Assembly: GCA_028698185.1 (NCBI GenBank)
Contig: JAQVDW010000003.1
Coordinates: 115,312 to 147,311, forward strand
Length of the DNA stretch: 32,000 nt
Source: Erysipelotrichaceae bacterium
Lineage (GTDB): Bacteria > Bacillota_I > Bacilli_A > Erysipelotrichales > Coprobacillaceae
Direction: 5' to 3'
The translations under genes and the position numbers were made by a program. This document shows positions 8,154 to 14,968 of this stretch, piece by piece. The notes beneath the pieces were generated by a model that ran no database searches, was not told the origin of the DNA, and saw only the letters and a program-made list of their open reading frames with translations. Each line of letters begins with the position of its first letter. Position 1 is the stretch's first letter.

Positions 8154-10523
8154 ATGAACAAAAACAGGAAGCACCAACCAATTATTGCCTTTCTAATATT
8201 ACAAATTATAATTTATCTCTCAATCAATAACGTCCAGGGCATAAGCGCGTTGAGCATCCTGGAAAATGTTCCCTATCCTTTCTATCCGGCTATAAATGCC
8301 AACATGTACCAGGTTGAGGGCGACATCGGCTTCAGTGTGAATCCGTCAAAGACGCCCCAGCCATCGGGCACAATCACTTCTCAATATCAAAGCGCGGATG
8401 CGAATCTGATCAAGGCTCTTTATTATGGCTATTCGGGTCCGGGCAATCTGATGAGTGACCTGTCGCTCGCCCAACAGAAAACCTACACCCATCTTTTGGC
8501 CAGTTACATCTATTCCATGGACATGGGAGGGCTGACTTTCTATACGCTGCAAAGCTATTTCAACTGCAACTTGATTGACTATTACAACCAGCTTCCTTAT
8601 TTGCAGGATCCCAACCATTACGAATTGGCATTCACAAACGAGCGGCTGGATTTTGTGAGCGACGGGCTGGTCCAAAGGTCGGATTCGACCCGGCTGGTCG
8701 CCACTGATGGTACGGGCGGATATTTCGATCTGCCGGATGGTCTGACAATCGTTAATGAAACAACCGGTATTGTTACAACGTCGCAGCGCTGTCATGTCCA
8801 AGCTCAGGATTTGATCCATTTCGAAGCGGCAGCCAATTATCTTGGCGAGTTTGCGACTGTGGATTTCACCCTGGCAAGCAATGTCTTCGATTACCGGGTC
8901 AATCTTGCCAAAGTGCAAGGTACGGTCGATCCGGCAAACCCCGTCAACGACGGGTACCAGGCAGTCGCGAGTCTGCTGAAGATTCCAAAAGAGATCCATA
9001 CATCTTTGGATCTGGAATTTCAGTTCAAACCCAAGCTGTCAATCAAAGCGCAGTCGGATAAGGGAGATGCGATCACCGGTCAGGCAATCAGTGTCACCGG
9101 ACCAGGTGCATACGCGAATTCGAGCCATACTGATGGAAACGGAATATTGGAACTGGTGAATCTCGAACCGGGAACCTACTTCATCACCCCGGCCGCCACA
9201 AACTTCCCTTACAGGGAAAACACCGGAGTCTACAGCGTGACTGTCAACTATCGCCAGAGTCAGGAAATGACAATAATATTTGACGAACTGACCCAGGCAA
9301 CCGCAACCTATCTGTTGAATGGTGAAAATCCGCCGTTGTTATCAGAAAGTTTCAATATCAATGATGACTACCAGACCAGAGGATTCGCTGATTTTATGCT
9401 CGATGGTTATGACCCAACCGGTATCGCGATCGTTAAAGATGGTCTACCGATTTTGGAATCAAAAGAAGCGGACGAGGTGATCAACGGCATTTTGATTGGC
9501 AAAAGTGATTTTTCCAATTGCCTTGATTATGTGGAAGGAGGATATCGACTGACCATCGATCTAAAAGCGGATCTGTCGGCTATTGCCATCCCGGTGTTTA
9601 GCGGCCGCAACGGCATAATCAACATCGCCGACGTGAATGAGGCCAATCTCAAAGAAATGATTTATGATGCGACCAAAGTAAAATGCATGTATGAAGACAT
9701 TGATGAAACAGCGGCATTGACCGTCAAAGACCTGAACATCGATTATTTCAACAGGCCGGGAATAGCGGTTGTCGAGTTTAACTTTTTGAGCCCCGCCGGT
9801 CTGAATTTCAAAAAAAGTTATAATGTGCTCGTTGTCGGGGCGCAAGATGGAGACGGGGCCAATCCGGTAAGGTTCATCGATAAGGACAATTTCAATAAAC
9901 TTGGCACCGGTTTTTTTGGCACAGTTCAGGTGGCGAACAGTTTGCTTGAGGATAGCCTCTTTAAAGAACAACCGGTGTTATCCTGCAGTCTAAAAAGTGA
10001 CAATCTTCAAATGATCAAGGAAGATTATCGGGACATTGAAAACTTCGACCGATACTATCATGAAGCCATCGAAACTGGCATGAGTGCAAGCCTGCCGCCG
10101 ATCGAAACAGCTCAAATAGAAGCGTCATTTGATGAGGGGCGGGCAATATCAATATATGCAAAAGGGGTGATGCTGGAAGAAAGCGAAATCTATCTCGATA
10201 TATCAAATTATCGCAACGGACAAGTCGAGTGCCTGCTTGCCCTAAAAGAAACTTATTCGGGTTCGTTAAGAATAAATGGCTACCAGAACAAGACAAGTAT
10301 GGCGATGGCGACAATTGAAGACATTGCCGTGCAACGGTTCAACGGTGTGTCCAAATATCCCGAACCCGTGATTTATGTACAAGACAACAGGCTTCTTCGT
10401 GGGCGCGATTATCAGTTAAGCTACGCTGATAATGTCCAGGCCGGAGAAGCGACCATCATTGTGATGGGAATTAACAGGTATCAAGGTGAACTTACAGTGA
10501 ATTTTAAAATAGAAGGAGAATAA
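8154..10523 (+). CDS. secreted multidomain adhesin-like protein (thioester-domain-like N-terminal region, CnaB/SpaA-type prealbumin-fold domain, C-terminal Ig-like module); no LPXTG or TM anchor
   Basis: The Sec signal peptide is MNKNRKHQPIIAFLILQIIIYLSINNVQG. Residues ~294-377 (TGQAISVTGPG...HTDGNGILELVNLEPGTYFITPAATNFPY) match the CnaB/SpaA-like pattern. The C terminus YQLSYADNVQAGEATIIVMGINRYQGELTVNFKI is the common Gram-positive Ig-like repeat pattern. The protein ends ...KIEGE with no sorting signal. Confidence 0.85.
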   Translation: MNKNRKHQPIIAFLILQIIIYLSINNVQGISALSILENVPYPFYPAINANMYQVEGDIGFSVNPSKTPQPSGTITSQYQSADANLIKALYYGYSGPGNLMSDLSLAQQKTYTHLLASYIYSMDMGGLTFYTLQSYFNCNLIDYYNQLPYLQDPNHYELAFTNERLDFVSDGLVQRSDSTRLVATDGTGGYFDLPDGLTIVNETTGIVTTSQRCHVQAQDLIHFEAAANYLGEFATVDFTLASNVFDYRVNLAKVQGTVDPANPVNDGYQAVASLLKIPKEIHTSLDLEFQFKPKLSIKAQSDKGDAITGQAISVTGPGAYANSSHTDGNGILELVNLEPGTYFITPAATNFPYRENTGVYSVTVNYRQSQEMTIIFDELTQATATYLLNGENPPLLSESFNINDDYQTRGFADFMLDGYDPTGIAIVKDGLPILESKEADEVINGILIGKSDFSNCLDYVEGGYRLTIDLKADLSAIAIPVFSGRNGIINIADVNEANLKEMIYDATKVKCMYEDIDETAALTVKDLNIDYFNRPGIAVVEFNFLSPAGLNFKKSYNVLVVGAQDGDGANPVRFIDKDNFNKLGTGFFGTVQVANSLLEDSLFKEQPVLSCSLKSDNLQMIKEDYRDIENFDRYYHEAIETGMSASLPPIETAQIEASFDEGRAISIYAKGVMLEESEIYLDISNYRNGQVECLLALKETYSGSLRINGYQNKTSMAMATIEDIAVQRFNGVSKYPEPVIYVQDNRLLRGRDYQLSYADNVQAGEATIIVMGINRYQGELTVNFKIEGE

Positions 10524-10524
10524 C

Positions 10525-10680
10525 ATGAAAGATTTTTTAGGTGAATACGGATTGGTAGTGGTGACAGCTTTAGTGATTCTGGCGTTTGTCGTAATTGGTC
10601 CCGAAGTTGGGAACCAGGTCGGTGATGCGATAAAGGCTCAAGTGACAAATATCACAACCCAAACAGCTCCTGGAGTCTGA
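10525..10680 (+). CDS. Flp-like pilin candidate, 51 aa (MKDFLGEYGLVVVTALVILAFVVIGPEVGNQVGDAIKAQVTNITTQTAPGV)
   Basis: This ORF is not in the ORF track and was found by reading. GAAGGAG (10512-10518) lies 6 nt upstream, the ATG is 1 nt after the adhesin stop, and the stop overlaps the ATPase start (TGATG). The EYGL motif followed by a hydrophobic helix is as in Flp/Fap pilins (xxxxEYGLI). Confidence 0.7.
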   Translation: MKDFLGEYGLVVVTALVILAFVVIGPEVGNQVGDAIKAQVTNITTQTAPGV

Positions 10681-11684
10681 TGGAACTGATAGATGAGGTG
10701 ATTCCCCGAGAGATGTTCGGGGAATTGTCCGTTTATTTGGATGACGATAATATCACCGATATCAATTACAATGGTCAGACCGTTTGGGTGGACCATATTT
10801 GCAAGGGCCGATATCAGGCTGACATCGTCTTGAGCGAGGAGTTCATCGATGCGTTCATTATGAAGATAAAAAACAGTGTCTCGAAGAATTTCAATATCGA
10901 ACACAATGTGCTTGAGGCTGAGACGGCGCAGTTGAGAATCTCGATTATCCACCACTCCGTGGCGAAGACCGGAACAGCCATCTCGATCAGGAAGACACCG
11001 CCAAAACAAAGGCTCAATGAACTTCTGATGCTTGAAACCGGCTACTGCGATCAGGCCATTATCGATTTTTTAAGCAAATGCGTCAAATCATCATGCAATA
11101 TCATAATCGCCGGAACTACTGGTTCGGGTAAAACAGAATTGTTGAAATGGCTCACGAATTTCATTGAAGCCAACGAGAAAGTCATCACTATCGAAGACAA
11201 TCTTGAGATCCATTATCGCCAGATAAATCCGGGCAAAGATTGTATCGAGCTGAAGGTCGACGAGAAACGGTTCTCCTATTCCAAAGCGATAAAGACATCG
11301 TTGCGCCAGCTGCCCCAATGGATCATTCTTTCCGAGGCACGCTCAGTCGAAGTCAAGTATTTGCTCGAAACATTTTCAACAGGGCACAACGGGATAACGA
11401 CAATTCATTGTGATGACGTCAGAAAGATACCTAAAAGAATAAAAAATATGATTCAGGATGACATAAGCGAGGAGGTATTGTTCGATGATATTTTCAGTTT
11501 CATCGATATTGGCATATTGATTTCCAAACATATCGTGAACAACGAAATCAAGCGTCGCATCGAGCAGATATGCGTCTACGATTTTGTTGACAAAAAAAGG
11601 GAGACCGTAATGATTTACGAAAGGGACCGCATTCCCCTGCACGGGGATTCTCCGAAGCTGAAACGGAAATTTGAAGGTCTGTAG
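10680..11684 (+). CDS. TadA/CpaF/VirB11-family secretion ATPase
   Basis: Motifs present: Walker A AGTTGSGKT (11109-11135), ITIEDNLEI (Asp box), WIILSEAR (Walker B-like) and TGHNGITTIH (His box of the TadA/VirB11 type rather than GspE TGHLV). ISIRKTPP matches the conserved tIRKf segment. Confidence 0.9.
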   Translation: MELIDEVIPREMFGELSVYLDDDNITDINYNGQTVWVDHICKGRYQADIVLSEEFIDAFIMKIKNSVSKNFNIEHNVLEAETAQLRISIIHHSVAKTGTAISIRKTPPKQRLNELLMLETGYCDQAIIDFLSKCVKSSCNIIIAGTTGSGKTELLKWLTNFIEANEKVITIEDNLEIHYRQINPGKDCIELKVDEKRFSYSKAIKTSLRQLPQWIILSEARSVEVKYLLETFSTGHNGITTIHCDDVRKIPKRIKNMIQDDISEEVLFDDIFSFIDIGILISKHIVNNEIKRRIEQICVYDFVDKKRETVMIYERDRIPLHGDSPKLKRKFEGL

Positions 11685-11692
11685 GGGGGACA

Positions 11693-13156
11693 ATGAAAAC
11701 AAAGATCAAACGTTATTTCAAAGTTCAAAGCGAGATTGAACGTTACGGTTACAGTTTTTCAATGAGGCGGTTCTATCAGGTAGTTGCATTTTCTATTATC
11801 CTGATAGTTGTCATCGGAATAACGTTCAACCTGAGCCGGGGCTATCTTGCTTGCGTGATTCTTGTCATGGTCGCATCCCTGCCCCAGATAATCACAGTCA
11901 CCTACAGGGGGCTTGATTCGCAACAGCGGTTCGCCGATTTGAACAATTATCTTGAACAACTGGTTATGTCATTCAAGCGACGGGGCAATTTGATTACGGC
12001 CTTGCAGGAGACACGGCAGATATTTGCCCCGGGTGCGATGGCTGTGATTCTTGACCGGGCGATAGGGCATATCAATGAGGCGAATGGCAGTGAGGCCTAT
12101 CGCCAGGGGCTGGGTATGATCGAAGAAAAATACGGGTGCTCACGGATCAGAAAAGTCCACGATTTCCTGTATGATGTTGAGAAATTGGGCGGCGATTACG
12201 GATCGGTCCTGAACCTGATCGACCAGGAGCGGTTGCTGTGGCAGGAACGGGTCTATCTTGTTGCCGCAGGAAAGAAGCAAATTGAAAAGACCATCTACCT
12301 GTCCTGTGTTATGGCAACAATAATCGCGGCGGTGATGGGTCTTATTTTACCTGATGAACTTAATGTGTTCGCCCTTGATTATCTACAGCTTCTCACGGCC
12401 GGATACCTGGTGGCGATAATCGTCATTGTGACTGTTGTCCACTCGTTGCTTTCTGGTGGTTATTTTGAGGAACTCCGGGTTCTCGATCAACATGAGTATG
12501 AAAAATATGTCCGGTTGCACAGTCAAAGGGGACTCTTGAACCGGAATGACATCATATCGCTCTTTATTGTGGCCGTGGGTCTGCTTTTGCTGGCTGTAGG
12601 AAGGCAGGTTGTCGCAGCTGGTATTTTAGCCATGGTTTTTGTCCTGATCATAATAAAAATCGGCGGTCGCAAAAAAAGATGTCAGCGGGTATTGCAATCA
12701 AACCTTTCCATTGCTTTCATGTACTGGCTTCTTGATATCTCGCTCTTGCTGCAAAACAACAATATCCATATGGCCATCAAACAATCCATAGAAAAAGCTC
12801 CGGCAATGTTGCAAAATGATTTGAAAAAGCTGGTTGATGACCTGGAAAAGTCACCAAACTCGATAACACCATATCAGAATTTTCTGGGCGGTTTCGATTT
12901 GCCGGATGTCAAATCGGTCATGCGCTCATTTTACGCTCTTGACCGGAATGGCTCCGGAAGTAACGGTAAGTTTTTAAACGACCTGCTTGAGCGGAATAAT
13001 CATCTGGTCGACAAGACGGAAAAACTGGCGTTGGAAAATCGGCTGGCTTATATAAATGTGCTTCAATACTTGCCCATGCTTCTGGCGACATTCAAGCTGC
13101 TTGGCGATCTGACAGGATTCATGATGGTTCTTATTATAAAGATGAAAGGGGGTTAA
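11693..13156 (+). CDS. polytopic membrane protein, apparent TadB-TadC (T2SS-F-like) fusion platform protein
   Basis: It consists of two similar halves. Each has N-terminal TM helices, a ~110-aa soluble helical segment (e.g. LEQLVMSFKRRGNLITALQE...; MAIKQSIEKAPAMLQNDLKKLV...) and C-terminal TM helices. Its position directly after the ATPase fits a platform protein. The family assignment is an inference. Confidence 0.7.
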   Translation: MKTKIKRYFKVQSEIERYGYSFSMRRFYQVVAFSIILIVVIGITFNLSRGYLACVILVMVASLPQIITVTYRGLDSQQRFADLNNYLEQLVMSFKRRGNLITALQETRQIFAPGAMAVILDRAIGHINEANGSEAYRQGLGMIEEKYGCSRIRKVHDFLYDVEKLGGDYGSVLNLIDQERLLWQERVYLVAAGKKQIEKTIYLSCVMATIIAAVMGLILPDELNVFALDYLQLLTAGYLVAIIVIVTVVHSLLSGGYFEELRVLDQHEYEKYVRLHSQRGLLNRNDIISLFIVAVGLLLLAVGRQVVAAGILAMVFVLIIIKIGGRKKRCQRVLQSNLSIAFMYWLLDISLLLQNNNIHMAIKQSIEKAPAMLQNDLKKLVDDLEKSPNSITPYQNFLGGFDLPDVKSVMRSFYALDRNGSGSNGKFLNDLLERNNHLVDKTEKLALENRLAYINVLQYLPMLLATFKLLGDLTGFMMVLIIKMKGG

Positions 13157-13161
13157 GTCTG

Positions 13162-13260
13162 ATGGTTGAAATTATTGGCGAATACGGACAAGTTGTGGTT
13201 TTAGGCGTTATTAGTCTGATTTTGATAGGCGCATTTAGTTATCTGGCTTCAATAGTATGA
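13162..13260 (+). CDS. Flp-like mini-pilin candidate, 32 aa (MVEIIGEYGQVVVLGVISLILIGAFSYLASIV)
   Basis: Not in the ORF track. AAGGGGG lies 10 nt upstream. The GEYGQ motif plus hydrophobic helix is paralogous to 10525-10680. The stop overlaps the next start (ATGA). Confidence 0.6.
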   Translation: MVEIIGEYGQVVVLGVISLILIGAFSYLASIV

Positions 13261-13400
13261 AGGCGGTGATAAGCGAGTACGGATTGACTGCAGTCGGCGT
13301 GTTGGTGACATTTGTGTTGTTACAGGTGATTGGCCAGCTACTGGGCGGCAATCTGCTCTATGAGTTGGTGCGCATCAAGGCGGACTGCATGTTTTTATGA
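13257..13400 (+). CDS. Flp-like pilin candidate, 47 aa (MKAVISEYGLTAVGVLVTFVLLQVIGQLLGGNLLYELVRIKADCMFL)
   Basis: Not in the ORF track. ATGA overlaps occur at both ends (13257-13260 and 13397-13400). It has the SEYGL motif plus a hydrophobic helix. Confidence 0.6.
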   Translation: MKAVISEYGLTAVGVLVTFVLLQVIGQLLGGNLLYELVRIKADCMFL

Positions 13401-13855
13401 AAGCAACGATTGAAAACTACGGACAGGTACTGGTGGGTGCCATCCTTGTTGTGCTTTGCCTGGGATTCTTGAATTTTGCCTTAGCTGCCTCTTATCTACC
13501 ATCAATCAGAAGCGTACCGGTTCCCTGGCGAAGTCCAAGTGAACTTCTTGATTTCGTCCCATTAGATATCAAGTCAAATCCGGGTCTGGTTGATCCGGTA
13601 GATCTGATCGGCCAGGACACATTCGGTTTCAATGATTTTTCATATCTAAAAACCCAAGGCACCGCCATTTACTACCGGGACGTCGATTATAATCGAGTCA
13701 TGGTTCAAAGCGATTTTGTCAATGGGGATAGTCTCGATTATTCAAATGTGGATTTTCATGACTACCATAGTTTCATTGACAAAGTCAGGATAACAGCCAT
13801 CATCAATAACCAGGTACTGGTCAAAGAAGGTATGGTAATAATAGAGGAGGACTAG
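13397..13855 (+). CDS. pseudopilin-like protein, 152 aa, with a Flp-type N terminus (MKATIENYGQVLVGAILVVLCLGF...)
   Basis: It shares the N-terminal register of the small pilins (Y at residue 8, G at 9) and continues into a ~110-aa globular part. It is translationally coupled on both sides. Confidence 0.7.
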   Translation: MKATIENYGQVLVGAILVVLCLGFLNFALAASYLPSIRSVPVPWRSPSELLDFVPLDIKSNPGLVDPVDLIGQDTFGFNDFSYLKTQGTAIYYRDVDYNRVMVQSDFVNGDSLDYSNVDFHDYHSFIDKVRITAIINNQVLVKEGMVIIEED

Positions 13856-14173
13856 ATGAAAAGCGCAATTGAGTTATATCTTTCGATTTTTGTGATTGCC
13901 ATATTCGGGGTCCTATGCGCAAACATGGTTGCCATGAACATTGAAGCCAACAATGTCAGGAGTTATCATAACGCTTGCATCCAAGTGATTGAGAACAGCG
14001 GCCACAACCAGGATGTCATAAACCAACTCATCGAAGAATCTCCCTATGATCTTGCTGTGGAACGGAATCCAAGCAACGGGGTGATCACAAGCCAGGTGCG
14101 AGTCGGTTATAATTACACAATCCCGCTTTTGAACTTCAGCGAGTACTATTGTATCGAGGGGGTCGCACGGTGA
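13856..14173 (+). CDS. TadE-like pseudopilin candidate, 105 aa
   Basis: GAGGAGG (13844-13850) precedes an ATG that abuts the upstream stop. MKSAIELYLSIFVIAIFGVL keeps E6 and Y8 of the shared register. The small beta-rich C-terminal part (VRVGYNYTIPLL) is reminiscent of TadE/TadF. Confidence 0.6.
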   Translation: MKSAIELYLSIFVIAIFGVLCANMVAMNIEANNVRSYHNACIQVIENSGHNQDVINQLIEESPYDLAVERNPSNGVITSQVRVGYNYTIPLLNFSEYYCIEGVAR

Positions 14174-14721
14174 AACAGGCGGTGCTGGCGTTTGGGATGC
14201 TTGCCATGGCAATCGGAGCAATAGTGGTCATACTTGCTTCAAACTTTCAAGTCAACAAGGAGACCATGTTTGAAAAGGCTGTGAGCGACAGCCTGTACAA
14301 GAGCCTCGAAGATATGTGTTTTTATAACCCGGATATGAGTTATGAGCAGATCTTCAATGGCTATATGACAAATCTGGCAATCAATCTCAATGGCACAAAC
14401 AAGCTCAAGGTGGACGTGGTTACAATTGACAGGAATTTTGGGATTATGGATACCATTAACGAACTTACCTACAGCGACTTTTTCAATAATGAAAAGACGA
14501 TTACCATAAGGAAGACGATCATCCACAATCCGGAAGTAAAAAATGATTTCTATCAAGTCGACTTCGTGGTTGATGATGCTTTCAAAGGTGCCCTTTTTGT
14601 GAAAATCGGGACCACAGTCGCCCAGGCGATTGCGGATTTTGGCTGCAAGGCGGATTGGAATCTAAACGGCCTTGATCCTGACGAACCAATCACTGATGAC
14701 CTGACTATATACGCAAATTAA
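14170..14721 (+). CDS. membrane-anchored pseudopilin/TadF-like candidate, about 184 aa
   Basis: I preferred the GTG at 14170 because it gives a GTGA overlap with the upstream stop and GAGGGGG lies 7 nt upstream. The ORF-track start at 14149 is an alternative. N-terminal hydrophobic helix: AVLAFGMLAMAIGAIVVILA. Confidence 0.6.
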   Translation: MKQAVLAFGMLAMAIGAIVVILASNFQVNKETMFEKAVSDSLYKSLEDMCFYNPDMSYEQIFNGYMTNLAINLNGTNKLKVDVVTIDRNFGIMDTINELTYSDFFNNEKTITIRKTIIHNPEVKNDFYQVDFVVDDAFKGALFVKIGTTVAQAIADFGCKADWNLNGLDPDEPITDDLTIYAN

Positions 14722-14743
14722 TCCGATTGTATCGGATTTTTTT
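14720..14743 (+). terminator. Rho-independent terminator ending the pilus-like operon
   Basis: AATCCGAT (14720-14727) pairs with ATCGGATT (14731-14738) around loop TGT, with a T-run to 14743. It overlaps the stop codon. Confidence 0.85.
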
Positions 14744-14792
14744 GCTTTATCCGGAATCTGAAAAAATGGTTAATAATTTTACGAACTTTTCC

Positions 14793-14821
14793 TTGATTTC
14801 TAAAATCAAATTGTGTATAAT
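14793..14821 (+). promoter_or_regulatory. candidate sigma-A promoter for the carAB leader
   Basis: TTGATT (14793-14798), a 17-nt spacer ending in TGTG (extended -10), then TATAAT (14816-14821). Confidence 0.65.
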
Positions 14822-14846
14822 CTTTCAAAGAAAAGGAGTGATTGTG

Positions 14847-14921
14847 ATGCCAAAACTGACAGCTAAAGTGAATATTTGTGTGTCACAAGGCGAATTTTTT
14901 ATCGTTGGTTTTTGTTGTTAA
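14847..14921 (+). CDS. candidate 24-aa leader peptide (MPKLTAKVNICVSQGEFFIVGFCC) in the carAB leader
   Basis: GGAG (14835-14838) sits 8 nt before the ATG at 14847. The stop TAA (14919-14921) abuts the first base of the terminator stem. The last 30 nt are U-rich. Confidence 0.4.
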   Translation: MPKLTAKVNICVSQGEFFIVGFCC

Positions 14922-14951
14922 CACGTTACCCTATAGGTGACGTGTTTTTTT
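14920..14951 (+). terminator. intrinsic terminator inside the carAB leader (attenuator)
   Basis: ACACGTTACC (14921-14930) pairs with GGTGACGTGT (14936-14945) with one G-U pair, around loop CTATA, followed by T6-7 (14946-14951). It lies 17 nt upstream of the carA ATG and before its RBS AAGGAGG (14957-14963). Confidence 0.75.
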
Positions 14952-14968
14952 AAAATAAGGAGGATTTT

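Noticed and set aside
8346-8999. A 217-aa minus-strand ORF inside the adhesin gene. Similar antisense ORFs occur at 549-974, 1138-1551, 3460-3894, 6998-7498, 7456-7857, 13913-14221 and 16646-17044.
   Set aside because: All of them are shadow ORFs antisense to better-supported genes. I saw no RBS or recognisable motifs in any of them.
9911-9917. A T7 homopolymer inside the adhesin gene (and a G7 run at 7588-7594 inside ilvA), considered as possible phase-variation tracts.
   Set aside because: Seven-nucleotide runs are short for slipped-strand switching. One of them is in a housekeeping gene, and there is no evidence of frameshifted alternative ORFs.
13162-14721. Interpreting the ATPase-platform-pilin block as a comG competence pseudopilus operon.
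   Set aside because: The gene order fits, but the pilin N termini lack the KGFTLxE prepilin motif. The ATPase carries TadA/VirB11-type motifs (TIEDxxE, GHxGxxTxH) rather than GspE/ComGA-type motifs. Profile searches would be needed to exclude it formally.
14822-14920. A PyrR-binding anti-antiterminator or known riboswitch in the carAB leader.
   Set aside because: I could not find the UCCAGAGAGG-type PyrR loop or a convincing alternative helix competing with the terminator. This was done by eye, so a covariance search could overturn it.
14727-14921. The 64-aa ORF covering the whole carAB upstream region.
   Set aside because: It begins inside the operon terminator and runs through the promoter elements. 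Only the part starting at the RBS-preceded ATG 14847 is plausible as a leader peptide.
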